Below are positions 26,450 through 40,400 of a stretch of 64,000 nucleotides of DNA, piece after piece (position 1 is the first letter of the stretch; each line of letters begins with the position of its first letter). The notes under the pieces were generated by a model. It was given only the letters and a program-made list of their open reading frames with translations. It ran no database searches and was not told the origin of the DNA. Both the position numbers and the translations under genes were made by a program. This stretch comes from Botryllus schlosseri (taxonomy: Eukaryota): the NCBI GenBank assembly GCA_051294905.1, contig CM119372.1:16370001-16434000 (forward strand), in the 5' to 3' direction.

Positions 26450-27679
26450 CTTTATATCTGAAAGCAATGAACCTGATTAATGATTTGAGTAGTATTCTAA
26501 ATCGATAGCAGTAAACTGAATATCCGACATCAGTTAAAACGCTATTTTCGATTTGTTCCAGACAGTACAGGCTATATAGCATATTAGATGCAGAACCAGT
26601 ACTTCTCATGACATAATTTTGATCTGTAGGCCTACTTCGCAATCCGGCAGAAAATTCAATGCACCTTTAATGATGACTTTTCCCTGAGGATCCAAAGATA
26701 AGATCCGAACTGTATTTTTCAATACTCGGCCTGACCTGTGCCTCTTATGGAAGAGGAATCTGTAACAAGACGGATCTGCGATCGCCGTATTTATACGTAA
26801 CATAAGAACGCCCACAACATTTTCAAAGGAAAACCAAAAAATCTTGTATTCTCTCTGTTACGAGGTCTTGTCTCAATCGAGCACGCTATTTAAGCATGTA
26901 GCTGCCTTTGCCTTCGGGGCAAGACTTACATTAAATTTGTGATCAATTAAGGTTTCCTGTCACTACGTAACCGGTTGTGTATTGCTTCATTGTGGTTTAC
27001 GGAATAGTAAGTATCGGCCCGACGTTGGACAAACCCGTAAATCTGCATCTATTCACCAGCGTATTGACGTTTATTGCTGGCTTCCGCTGTACGCCAAATT
27101 TGAGTATCAAGAAATCGAGTAATCATGGAGCAAGATTTTATTGCATTCAGCCATTTTGGAGTGAAGCATCAGGATATTTTCAAGGTTTGAACCACTTATG
27201 CCTCGTGGGCGACGTCCGACGGTGTTCTGTATAGCTGAGGACACCTCTATTGTAGGGATGGTGTGAACCCCAGAAAGGTTCAGGTTCGTGTGAACGCGAA
27301 CCTTTTTGAAATGTTATGTGTGAAGGCGAACGTGATCCTTATGACTTCACGTGACGTCATATTACCAAGTCCAATCCTAGATTTCAGTGAAGTTATATAT
27401 TAATGTACACGAAACGTAGCAACGACTCGGATCATATTATGCCACAATGCTGAAGTACATGCTAACTTCGCCAAATGTATCAACTGGAGCAATCAAATGC
27501 TGTAATAATTACATAAAATCAATATCTTCCGTCGCTTTGCCAACAATTGCGGTGAGGACTTGCAAGGGTATAAAAGCTTACGCCGTAACGGTCTAGGTCA
27601 GACCAGACAATGTATTCGCCGTTTGAATATTGCTACATAGATATTGAGCGCAGTGTAAAACTGGTTTCTATACTATAGC

Positions 27680-30200
27680 CAGTGGCGGCTCGTCCTATAG
27701 GGCAACTGGGGCATTGCCCCACCTAAAATTCTGTTCAATAACAATTCTTTACCATTTATAGACGCACACCAATCTAAATATACCGAAATCACAGCGAAAA
27801 TCGTATTCTTCTTGTCCTTTCTCTTGTAAATGCCCATATATAGCGAAGTCTCTGCGAAAATCGAATTCTCTTCTGTGTTTTCGCTTTGCGAATGCCTAGC
27901 CTGGGCATGCCCCGGTAGCGCTCATAACAAGCTTTCACTATAGAAATTAAACATGGAACGGCAACGACCGATTTTGCAGCTTCGTTCCGCTTCGCCGAGG
28001 CTGGAGTGGAGAGTGGTTTTGCGTAAGCGACTGTAGGATTTCTGGCAATCCAAAAGCTATCTTCCCGAGCACAGAAATTATTGAATATGGTCTTGATCGA
28101 AAGCCACTGCTGCATCTATTCCGAAAATATAAAGCAAAATAATGATCAGGCACTGATCCACCTAGAATCCGTCCTCCAAGTCGAAATATCGACATTGTTC
28201 GAACAATCGGAGAGTCGCAACGGGTCATTGTGTTGCGGTCACCCGATTGTTCTGAACAATGCCAATATTTCAGACTTGGAGGACAGATCCTAGGTGGATC
28301 AGTGCCTGATCATTATTTAAATTTATATTTTCGGAATCAGTGCAACAGTAGCTTTCGATCAAGACCAGATTCAATAATTTCTGCGCTCGGGAAGATAGCT
28401 TTTGGATCGCCAGAAATCCTACAGTCGCTTATGCAAAACAATTCTCCACTCCAGCCCCTGCGAAGCGGAACGAAGCTGCAAAATCGGTCGTTGCCGTTCC
28501 ATGTTTAATTTCTATACTTTCACCGTCTATTCTCTCAAAGCTGCGCACAATAAAGAAACGGTGATTTACTCTCTCCTATTCATAAAATTACCGAGCAACC
28601 GGGGCACAATAGCTCTGTGCCCCTAAGGTGTGATGTAACAATCGTATCTATAGCTGAACTCGGTTACCGTCATATTCGTTTAGTCGACCTTTGCTGGTAT
28701 AGGTCGATTTTGATGGTGTTTCACACCATGAAAACTCTTGAAACTTGGTATGTCATGTCGTGATGGTGGTATTTAACACTGCCCCAAGTTTCAGGGTTTC
28801 TACTTAAGGTTTAGAGTAGTAATTCCGTTTCCGAAGTTGAGTGTGTGCTGATCCGTCATGTATCGCAAACATATTTTACTCAAAAGCCGGTATCGGTATT
28901 CATTGATTTTGACTATCTTCAATACTGAGATTGGTTATGACATTTGGCAAGGTAAGTCTTAATGTTAGTATCGAACGCTGTACCAAGTTTTAAGTTTGTC
29001 ACTTAACTGTGTTAGTGGTAATTTCGTTTCCTAATTCGAATGAGAGCTGACTCGTCATTTATCGCTAACAGATTATACGCAAAGGCGGTATTGGTCTCTA
29101 TTGATTTTAACGATGCTCTCCTTAACTAGATCCGTCATAAGCTTTTGCACGGTATGTCTTGATTTTAGTATCGAACGTTGTGCCAACTCTCAAGGTTGAC
29201 ACTCAATGATTAGGGCAGTAATTTCGTTATCAAGGTCGAGTATGGTAGAGATGTGCTCCGATCTGACACTTTAACCTACAACGCATTGCGGATTTCACGC
29301 AAAAGCAGTGTACCTGCGGTAACGTTAACTGAGATGATGATATCATTCTCAGTTTGCATTCAAATATTTACTTTGATATTATATTCTCCAATGTCAATTT
29401 CACCGTGAAATTGTGGCCTTCAAGCCATCTGCTTGCAACCCCCTGTCAAGCGCGATAGCTATTTCGTTTTCGATGGCGGCTAACAGCTGATCACTTGATC
29501 AGCCTATTCCTCAGTAAATTTTACGCAAAATTCGGTGTTAGTCTGTTCGCAATAATTTTGACAGTGTACCATACCGAAAAGGGCCATGAGACCACTTCTC
29601 GATGATGTCATATAACAGTGTACTAAGTTTAACTCTTTGATCCACGTATTTATTCGGTAATATATTTTCCAAAGGCGATTTCGCAGCAGACCTATAGACA
29701 GTAATAAAGCCGTATGTGTCGTGTTACAGTCTCCAGTTTCAAGGCCAAAATCTCCTGTGCTGTACCGAGACCGAATTTCCGAGGCTGCTATTCTTAGTTC
29801 TTCAGAATGATGTTTTGGATTCAATATGACAGTCCCAATCTATGAGATAACAATTGCGTATCTGTCCGAACTCGTTTACTTTTCCAATTTGGCTAACGCT
29901 ATCTCTCGAGTTATAGTCATTTCCATTTCTGCAGATAATTAGTCGGGTCTAGTGCGAACATGAACCGTGTTGAATCTTTGTTCCGTACGCCGTTTACGTA
30001 GTTACCACACTTCAAGTCACAGCTCACCGGCGGACCTCTCGTGGCACATACGTTAAAATCACTGTTGCCGGAAAATTCATGTTACCGTGCCATCATTAAG
30101 TTACTTGTTTACATTGGAAAACGCCATTGTGACGTCATCTCGATAAAAAGTCGCTTGCAGCCCTTGCCCCACCACCCGATATTGTCACGAGCCGCCACTG
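27680..30200. mobile_element. Nested non-autonomous DNA transposon
   Basis: TIR cagtggcggctcgt, TSD actatagc; three degenerate ~185-bp internal repeats at ~28700-29240. Confidence 0.88.
27939..28516. mobile_element. Fold-back (almost fully palindromic) MITE
   Basis: Arms of ~270-280 bp start tatagaaattaaacatggaacgg; flanked by repeated ctttcac. Confidence 0.85.
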
Positions 30201-32608
30201 ACTATAGCTACCGATATTATCCCATAAACAAGTTGTACAGCAGTAGCCAACAACCCAATCGCACGGATTTGATTTTTATGATACTATCGACATATCAAAT
30301 CAAGATGGATCCCGTACGCCTGCTACGTTTTTTACGTTGGATAACGATGTATTATTATTTATATCAATCCCATTGATTGGTTGAAGATCATCATTCGTTG
30401 ATTACATGCATGTAGTGTATTTCGTTCTTGATGTTGTATGATTGTGGGTCAAGCTCACAGCAAAGAGTCACTAAATATTCACAAAAGAAAAGCTGAATAT
30501 TTCGAGTAAACTTTTGTAACAACCCATGTAAAATCGTTGCTCGTTTAGTGCTGATTTTTCCACGCTGATAGCGCCATGCATAGAGTGGTCTGAAGTTGAA
30601 CTGCAAAGAATTTCAGCCAAATATGACATAATGACGCGAAAAATTGTAATATATGAAAACGGTTCACAGTGCAGAACTTACCAAGGTTCGTTTGTGAACG
30701 TGAACCTCTAAATTTCCGAGGTTCACACACCGAACGTTAACCTCACGTTCACACCATCGCTACTTACTACCGATATTACCCCATTAACAAGATATACAGC
30801 AGTAGCCAACACCCCAATCGCACGGATTTGGTTTTTATGATACAATAAACATATGATATAAAGATTGACCCCGTGTGCCTGTTAGATTTTTTACATCAAA
30901 CAACAATATCAATTTCATTGATTGGTTGAATCAGCATCATTCGCTGATTACCTACATGTAGAGTATTTCGCTCTTGGTGTTGTGTGTTTGCGTGCAAAGC
31001 TCACAGCAGAAAGTTACTAAATATTCACAAACAGAAAGCTGGATATTTCGAGCAAACTTTTGTAACAAAGCAAATAAAATTTTTGAGATTGTCCAGTTGC
31101 ATGCTCGTTTGGTGTTGATTTTTAAGGCTGCCATCTCCATGCATAGAGTGGCCCGCAGTTGAAATGTAATAAATTTCAACCAAAGATGATGTAATGACGT
31201 TACAATTGTAATATATGAGAAAGGTTCACAGTGCAGAACCTACCAAGGTTCGTTTGTGAACCTGAACCTCTAAATTTCCGAGGTTCACACACGGAACGCA
31301 AACGTGAACCTCACGTTCACACCATCCCTACTTTATTGTATGGCCTACAAAATGATATTTTGTCGTTTTTGTTTTCAAAAATTTTGGTGACCCTTGATAT
31401 ATAGCCACGACTGCATACTGTAGGACGTGGTAGTCGGGTATACGCGAACCTTCCTTTGTAAAAATTACGGCGCATTCTGATATGAAAATGTGACTTCATG
31501 GCGGTCACGTGAATCCGTTAGAGCAGGGCTCCCAACCTTTTTCATGGTCGTGACTCCAAATTTCGATTTGAAAATGTTCCGCGGCCCCAGTCTCAACTTG
31601 GCGTGCCGATTACTAAAAAAATGGTCAGCACCTTCGCCCAAACCTGCTCATGCCCCATGTGGGAAGCTGGTGACTATGTGCGCAGCACTGGCAATTATGA
31701 ATTATGAACTCGCCAACCTCCGTCTATCAAGATTATATAGCAATGGATAATATCGATATTTTGAGGCGATTTCTATGTATATCTAATCGAAGTAGATAAC
31801 GATCTATATAGTTATTCGACCGCGTCGATAGCGTGTATGTATATTGTTAACACAGCACTACCGGCCACTTGTAGTTTTCCTGGAAGGCGAAACTCCCGTA
31901 GTGGCCAGCCACTTCCTCAAATGTCGGTATTTTTATTTCGACAAATGAACTAACATTTTCAGAAATGAGCCGACGATAGCACCCAGTTAATTGGCATTCT
32001 TTTAATATTCATTGGCATGTATTTTTTCGTCTACCCGACACCATATACTTATAGCATCGTCATATCATGTAGGTATGCCAGGAAAAAGCTCGACCAAATA
32101 AAAAGTTTTCCTGTGTGCTCATGCTCACTAATTTGGCCTAGTAAAATGAATACATAACTACATCTAGTTATGAACACTTTTTGGGGAATAATATGTATGT
32201 CTCGGCCAGGCATAAGAGGACTGGCTAGTCAACAGTGCTATGTTGCAGACGGCTATCCCCTCACCCTGGAATTTTCACGGCAGCTAGGTGTCGCTATGCT
32301 ATATACAAAAAATCGCAAATTGTAGTTCTGCTTTGTACAATTTGAATTTGACAAGTCGAAAAATGCACCGATGCGCTGAACATAACATCTCATAATTGTG
32401 GTGCCCCTTTTCTGATCTAACGCCTGCGTTAGGAATTACTAGGACAGTGTCATTCTATACTAAAATTTGAAGGAACATGTGCAACCCATCATGGAAAAAT
32501 TAAATTTTGAAATTTCAAAATTTTAAATCCCAGGTTATTTTTTAAAAAAGTTTGCTGTGGAGTTCTGTTATTCAGAGCAGGGTAGACCTAGGCCAAACGA
32601 GTATTAGC

Positions 32609-33457
32609 CAGTGTTGGGATCAGGTCACTACTTCCGAGTCACAAGTCATCTCGAGTCAAGTCAAGTCAAGTCACAAGTCAAACCATTAGTCTAGTCAATT
32701 CGAATTTTTGAAGTACGAGGCATCATAAAAACTCATTGCATTTTGCTTGCTGTTTCAACTACAGATTGAGACCAATAAACACGCCAAAAGGCGTTGCATT
32801 GCTCACGTATACGTAGAACTGCTAAACTGCGTAAGTAGCGGTGTAGCGCAGTCTATAACTATCAGCAAAAAAAAACAGGATAGAATACGAAACGCCAGGA
32901 ACTTGAGACAAATTGATATGATGCAATACCAATACCCACCTACGCATTTATGACATACAATTTAAGCCTGCTCCAATCATTGTTGATGAGTAATATATAC
33001 GTATAAACGATATTCGTTCGATTTAAATCATATAAGCGGGTTGGTTATATGAACACTGGGCACGATAAGTAGTTTATAGAACAGAGATACATTGCTATTG
33101 AATTACTTTACTACAAGTATACGACAACGTAAACTGTGGACTCAGATCACTGCGTTTGCAGTCGATTTATTTGAGATACAGCATTGGAGGCTCGGTAAAA
33201 CGCACAAGCATTGATTGTTTGGTTGTCGTCACAACTGCCTGTACTGTAGTATATCTCTAAAAAGCCGAACTTATGCAAGTACGGCGATTTAGTCGACACC
33301 GGTTACATGATGACTTGAAGTTGACTCGTAAATTTTGCTTCAAGTCACGAGTCAATCTACTATTTTGAAACTTCGAGTCAAGTCAAGTCATTTTTGCAAA
33401 GTGACGCGATTCAAGTCAAGTCATACGAAAAAGATGACTCGAGTCATCCTAACACTA
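32609..33457. mobile_element. (AAGTC)n-rich MITE
   Basis: Ends cagtgttgggat/atcctaacacta, TSD (g/c)tattagc, subterminal agtca repeats. Confidence 0.8.
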
Positions 33458-34251
33458 CTATTAGCATAGCCTAGGTCTCGATGTTAGCTTTTCAAACAAA
33501 CATTACTGAATACTATACGACATGTATGTCATACAAATTTTCGATTTATCATGAAGCTGTATAACAGAATTTTACAAAAACATTAACGAATATGTCACCA
33601 GTAGGAAAAGATACCAAACGGGTGCCGGGTAAAATCGAAATTATGCAATTTTTGGTTATGTTTTCTGTAATATCAGACCATGAGGCGAGAGTATGGGTAC
33701 TAGGGTCTCATTTAAAACAGAAATCAATTAAAAACAAGCATGTTTAAAACAAGGCCCTAATTTAAAACATGTTTTTTATTGTTTGTTTAAGCCATGACGT
33801 CACCAATATTCAATTGTGATGTCATACTGGATTACCATTAACAATTGAAAATATCGGGTAAATATAGTTCCTTTGACGAAATATCTGTACCATAACTGTT
33901 GAACCGACTATTTTGAAGGTTCCAACCATCCTATATCGATATGCGTCAGATAAATCGCGTGGTAATAGTCTGTAGGCCCATACAACATGTTTTTGGAAAG
34001 TATTTACACAATTATGGCATAATTTTACAACTTGGAAATAAAAATAATTTCTTTTTAAAAAGCCTTTGTTTAAAACACTGTTCAAAACATGTTTAAACAA
34101 AGTGTTTTAAAACACGGTTTGTTTTAAATGCAACCCTAGCTAGAAGTCGGCAGTTACGGAATAAAAATGAAGAATATCGTCCATTCTGTAAGATTTAGGA
34201 GTGCCTTCCGAAAGCTTAGAACAAACACCCTATAAATCGGTAGCTCAGAGC

Positions 34252-34496
34252 GAGCGAGATAGCGTAATGGTTGTGCGTCCGTCTCCTCGATCGGCAGGTC
34301 GTGGGTACGATCCCCGCCGGGTCAGACCAAAGACTCGAAAACTGGTATCCACGGCTATCCTGCTAGGCGCTCAGCGATCACGGATATCACAGAGGATAAA
34401 AAACCTACGGTGCAGACTAGATGACCTTACTATAAAGACCGTATCGCATCTCCGTCGTCAAAGCATCTCGATGATGCAGGCGAAAAAAGAATACCA

Positions 34497-34532
<36 letters not shown>
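34252..34532 (+). mobile_element. tRNA-derived SINE family 3 with (TC)n tail
   Basis: A box tagcgtaatgg, B-box-like gggtacgatccc, (tc)n at ~34499-34532. Confidence 0.8.
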
Positions 34533-34534
<2 letters not shown>

Positions 34535-34961
34535 AAATAGTAAAAAGTTATCGGTCTGAATGCCTATTGATGTCGAAACACCATGAATACCAAAATAACA
34601 GTAACAACCATGGGACAATGATACTTGACATTTGAGAAAAAGTGATACTCCAAAGAAACCGTAAAATCATAAATCAATTCAGTCGAATCGTTTCAACTAT
34701 CTCGCTACTCGGATTCGATTACTGGAATTGTTCGGTGCCAACGTGCACTATAGATGACACCATGTCAAATTATTTTGAAGTCATTGATGCAACATTCTCG
34801 GCAGCATTATATGTGTACGTTGAAAAGCATAGCAAAGTAAGTACCTAATAAACATGAGACTACCAATCATTCGCTTCATCGCGTTCACGCTGCCATTCAT
34901 CTTCCGAGAAATTACAGGCGTGTTCCTCCGATAATGACCTTCATCATCCCATTATGTAGCA

Positions 34962-37489
34962 CAGTGGTTCCCAACCTTTTTCGACTCATCGCCCCGTTTT
35001 GAGCTCCACACCGATCATCGCCCACCAAATATTGGGAACCGCAAAACAGCAGTTCGTCACCCCCTAAAACGTTGGTCTTTGGCCCCATAGGGTGATAAAC
35101 CACCTCAGACCCCCTATCAGCCAGTGGGATTTTTTTCGCTACATATCAGCTATACCCTATTTCATGTACTGTTTGGTGAGTCACCGTATTTCGCCTAAAC
35201 GCGCGAAGTGCCACAAATTTATACAATTCACGTTTGAATCGGTCAATATGGTCGGGAATTGCATATAAATTGCTATGCATTTTTTCATCCTCTTTCTGCT
35301 CACGTAATCAGATTTACCGGTAGAGCTGAGCGTAGTGTGTTGGAAAAGGTAGGACACACCTAAATAATAATTAAACATCTTCGGACGTATACCCGTTGGC
35401 AGGAACGAAACAGCACTTCGTCAGGCCACTCCAATGAACTTTGGTCTTGGGCTCCCATAGGGTGATAAACCGACCCCCATCACGTTGTTTGCTTTTGCCA
35501 CGAAATTAGGCGGAATCGTTGTTATATTGACTTCGTTACATGATGCTATCTGGCAAATAATTTTTTGGCGTTTGTCCTGTAGGGTTAAGGTCGCCAGGAC
35601 AGGAACATTCGACGCCAGCCATTGAGGCACATATGGACAATTAAACATGTATGTATATATATCGAAGTTTTCGGTCAGCACAAGGGCATTCCTTTTCGGC
35701 CAATGTCTTCTCGCTGCTGATCGTTCTGGTACACTTCTCGAAGTCGCATGTTACATGACCTCTAACTTCATATGTCTTGGTGCGTTGTGGCGCAGTAGTG
35801 GCTGACGCCGAAGTCTCCCATTTCCTTAGATCATGCGTATTTTTGTTGGAGGACGGGTACCCCAAAGTCAAGATATATGAAAATATAAAATCGCGCGCAG
35901 CGAGAAAATTTTTTGAAAAAGTTGCATGAATTTCTAAAAAATTACTCTACAATTTATGTTAATTCACGAAATATTTTTTGGCCCCCTTCGAGTTCGGGCC
36001 CCCCACCGCCAATTGGGGGGTTTGGGGTGCGGTAGTTACGGTCCCGACTCCAATATAGCCGTCTTAACGCGCCATCGCCCGCCTATCGCCCCCTTCGTTG
36101 TTTTCGCCCCCTATCACCCCCTTCGTTATTTTCGCCCCCCTAGACCGCCAAATCGCCTCCTGGGGGGCGATATCACCAGAGGTGGTCAAAGTAGTCAATA
36201 AAGCTACTCAAGTATAAGTAGAAGTAGCCACGAAAAAATCTACTCAAGTACGAGTAGAAGTACTTTTTCAATAGGCCACCTAAAACTACTTGAAGTAGCA
36301 GTAGAATTGACTGACTTTAAATCTACTCAAGTAAGTAAGTAGTTTTGAAAACAGTCTTAATTCGTTCGCACGGACTGTCAAAAGCTGCGAATTGAGCTAT
36401 GCGGAAGACGCAGAGAGCTTGATTCGTATTGATGCATCCCAGGAGGTATCAATTTTCGACTGAAGAAGCATTTTTTCGCATAATGGGATGCAAATTATTG
36501 TATTGATATGAAAATGCGCTACCAACCCTTTGTTTACTAGAAGACCCCGTTTTAGAGAGTATCATGGCATGGCGCCCTACCTCACATTATAAGGCCCCCA
36601 GTTTAGGCGAAGAGCAACACGTAGAAGTTTTATCGGATGCGGTTTCATCACTTATCGATAGTAGTATACGTTAATAACAAATATTGTGGAACGTAAAAGT
36701 GATATTTAGTGTAGCTTTATTTTCGGAAAATAGAAGAATTACTACACTTGCTTCTATGCTTCAACATGTATGTTCTGCAGACAAAAGAACTGCAAGTAAT
36801 TAGAACTCAAAGTATGATACTCGCAATTGAAAGTGAAATACAAACACCAATTCTAAAAAACGAAAACTATACTTCATGTCTTTTGTCCATAAAGATTCAA
36901 AGGTGATCTGGTAAAACAGGTGTAACGTTCAAAAAAGCTGGATTTTCCAGATTAGCAAGACACGTAATGGGCTGCTAGATTACGATATGATTGGTAATTG
37001 CTAGATTACAAAACGGTAGTTTCAAACGTTATGGTGGGCCATATTTACAGTGATGAAATATTTGATTCGGGCGACAATGCGGTGTGAGTGGAACCAAGCA
37101 ATCCGGTACCTAAATTATATTCACTGATACTTTCCTGAAAACATATTTGTCACTCCAGAACTACTGTGCGCTAAGCGCAACAAAATTTCTGGGCATTACA
37201 CTACTTGACTTTTATGAATATTAAATGTTGGTACTCCGTGAAAACAGCCCCGAAATTCCTCAGGCTATCTTTCGTATTGGGGGATTAAACTACTTCTACT
37301 TGACTAACTGAAAATAGCGAAAAGTAAGTAAGTAGATCACAAAATATTACGAAGTAGAAGTAGAAGTGAGAAAATCAGATCTACTTGAGTAAGTACCAGA
37401 AGTAGAGGAAAACTACTTGAGTACTTTCAAAAAGTAGAAGTACTTCGTTACTGACCACCTCTGGATATCACCTACGTTGGGAACCACTG
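34962..37489. mobile_element. GGGGCGA-family MITE expanded by inserts, including AAGTAG-rich MITE copy 3 (36177-37463, minus)
   Basis: TIR cagtggttcccaac, TSD atgtagca, empty site at ~154; inner TSD gatatcac. Confidence 0.9.
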
Positions 37490-40400
37490 ATGTAGCATAC
37501 ATAAATATTAATCTGGATGTGCAAAAATTAGACTAATTTGAATATTTGTTGTTCTACTCGATATTGCCGTACCACTTAATATTGTAATTCGATGACTGTC
37601 TGTGCTTTGGTATGGAACGGAACGGCAAATGCCCCACTCTTATACGACTTCCTAAAGCCAGGATTCAGATCCAATCCGGTTACAAGCCAAGAATCCTGTC
37701 AATAAAACTGCGGCAAGTCATGGTTACCTATAACACTGTGCATAAGTAAGGTGGATCACGGAAATCTGGTTATTATGAAACAGCAATGTCACGAAAGATG
37801 CGTGAAAGTGTGCTGTATAGCTTCCCCGGAGCCATTTAATAAATGTTACCGATGGTCACGTAGATGAGCGCATACGCGAACCCAGTATAGTAGCGCTACT
37901 CAAAAAATCTTCGGGCCGCAGGAGCTAATTTTTTCCATTGACCAGAATACATTATTTCTAGTTTCATCGGGCAGAGATAGCTCTGCCACTCCATGCGACT
38001 ATATATATTTGCTTGTCGCTTGTGCGCTTCCCCGTGACTAACTGACTATACCCGTGGGATCGGTTGAAATTTAAAATTCCCGGCGGCGTCTCCGGGATTC
38101 GCGGTAGCATCGATATTCATATATATATCCTATTCATCTTGGAAAGCTATATTTCTTGCCTCAAAACTCGGTAATTTCCATATAGTCCTTGTCTAAATTA
38201 TATCATATGTGTTGAAAATACGTTCATCCAGCAAACTATACTGATGCTGATGTCGACGTCCAATCGTTATGTGTATTTCTTTCTGATTTGGCTTTTTTCA
38301 TCTTCTACTGCGGACAAAATAGGCCTCGTATGACATGTGATTGAAACTGTGACTTGGACTCTCCCTCCCGTACGAAGACTCAGTTTATACCTGAGAATCA
38401 CTTGTGGCTTGTAACTTCGTGACCTATATGTTTACAACTTGCAATTATAGTTTTGAATATTGACCATTTCCTTGGTCACATATCACCTGTTACATCTAGT
38501 AATACCTGCATGGAAATACGTTCAAGATTGTCTGTCCCAAACGACATATATTTCAACACGTATAGTATTCGATTGATTCATTGATATACTAAATCAGAAC
38601 AAGACGAAAAACAAATTTTTGTAATAGATGTATTCTTTAAAGAGTAATATCTGGTCTGAATGTGATGGACCTCTTCTAATCTATGAACAATATTCGTACC
38701 AATAGTATTTGACAGGTTATATTGAGCATTGAAGTGCATTATCGGTTGGAGTATTCCGTTGATGAACCGCCGCAGTCAATTTGTTGGCACCATGAATAGC
38801 GTGGCCCCGTTGAAAGTGCAACGCTCGCTTGTGCGCCTCAAGTAGGCCTACCTGTCCAGTGGGTCGCTAACAATGGGATTTTCGGCGGCATCTTCAGCAT
38901 TCGTTATCTTTTTACTGAGTATGAGGAATGTCAGGTTGCACATCATGCGAAACAGTTTGGGATAGGGCGGGAGCTTATGAGGGGAGAACATGCTAATTTG
39001 TTCGCATAGCCAATAGGATATCGGAGCAATGAAATAGTCATGTCTAGATCTGTTATAAACAATCCATATCTTGGTAGCGGCCATGCCACGGTCTCTCAAC
39101 ATTCGATTGCTCTCATGCCTGAAAGGCTGTATCGGAGCAATTGCATGTTGGACGTATTTCATCGTTGGTCGTGTGAGACACATGTTCATCAGATGTGGAA
39201 ATAGTTCAAAATTTATAAACTCTGTAAAACATATAATACACATCACATGATTGAACACGATCAGTCATCTAGTACGCTTAAACTTCGGTGCAGTGTTTTT
39301 TTTGTTACATCCACGTGTCAATCTCTTAAGGCTGCCAGAATACCACATACCATATTCGCACATTCTTATACTTAGTCGTTATATGAAAGCTCACGTATCC
39401 GTAGGCGTAACAAATACAATGTAATAGATTTATCAGCAGATGTGTGGTAACCGCTGCGGGAAGCCTTGTCCGTAGCCTACAAACCCATGATGCAACGCAA
39501 TAATTGTCATGTGCCTGCCGATAAGAAGTTTTCTTTCTATCAGTCGGGTTTGCAACAGGCCATGCGGTACTATTTTTTCTCAATGAATTTAAAGCTACTG
39601 CAATCTTTGCTCGTGACACAGACCGTAATTTTGCAAAATAGGCCGCTTGTTGATGAGAGAGGCTATTATAGCTCGGCAATTACGAGCAAGTTTCCTGACC
39701 ACCGCACGATAATATAATGAAATAGCAACTTCATATCAACCTACCCGTGAGATATGTCCACTACTGTAACACCAATGCGTTGCATGTTCGAGTCCGTCCA
39801 ATGTAAACTCTACCTTCCTTAAAAGTGTTGAAGGTTTATCAGGGTGCGGGTTGCCCCTACGTCCCCAGGCAGTCCATGAGAACCTATTTATGACATTATT
39901 TCACAATACTTACTTGCTTGAGCGGATTTGAAGCCAGTCAGTTCTACTTCTACCTCAAGTAGTTTAAAGCAGATTTTAAAAGCAATGCCTCTACTCATAC
40001 TTGGATAGATTTTTTCTGCGCTTCTTTACTTCTACTTGAGTAGCTTTCTGGACTCCTTTTGGACCTCTGGCTATAGCATAAATGCGCACTTGCACAGTGC
40101 GCACACCGGTCACACCAATGGATACAATCTTCGTTCTAGTAGTCATAAAACAACTAGATTTGTTCTATGGATGGCTTTTCTTGCTATGCGAACAATGGTA
40201 GCTCCGGTGCTGAGAATGCCCCAGTACAGTGGTTCCCAATACTTTTAAGGAGACCCATTTAACAAAAACTCTTGTCAGTAAAATCCAAACGAATAGTCGT
40301 AATAGTTGCATTGCTTAAAAACTTTGTGAGTCGCTCAGAAAAGACAGCTATGTTATTTTGTTGTCAGTTATTTTTGGAAATCGAGGCGTTATTCGGGGAT

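Larger units (their letters stand above)
27253..31330. mobile_element. hAT-type non-autonomous element with nested inserts and a duplicated right end
   Basis: TIR tagggatggtgtgaac, TSD ct(c/t)tattg. A solo end of the same family lies at ~210-313. Confidence 0.82.

Noticed and set aside
27789..28626. Paired similar ORFs on both strands
   Set aside because: Artefact of the fold-back MITE arms.
34683..34842. Possible plus-strand exon ending at a gtaagt donor conserved in both duplicates
   Set aside because: No partner exons or recognisable protein found, so support is insufficient.
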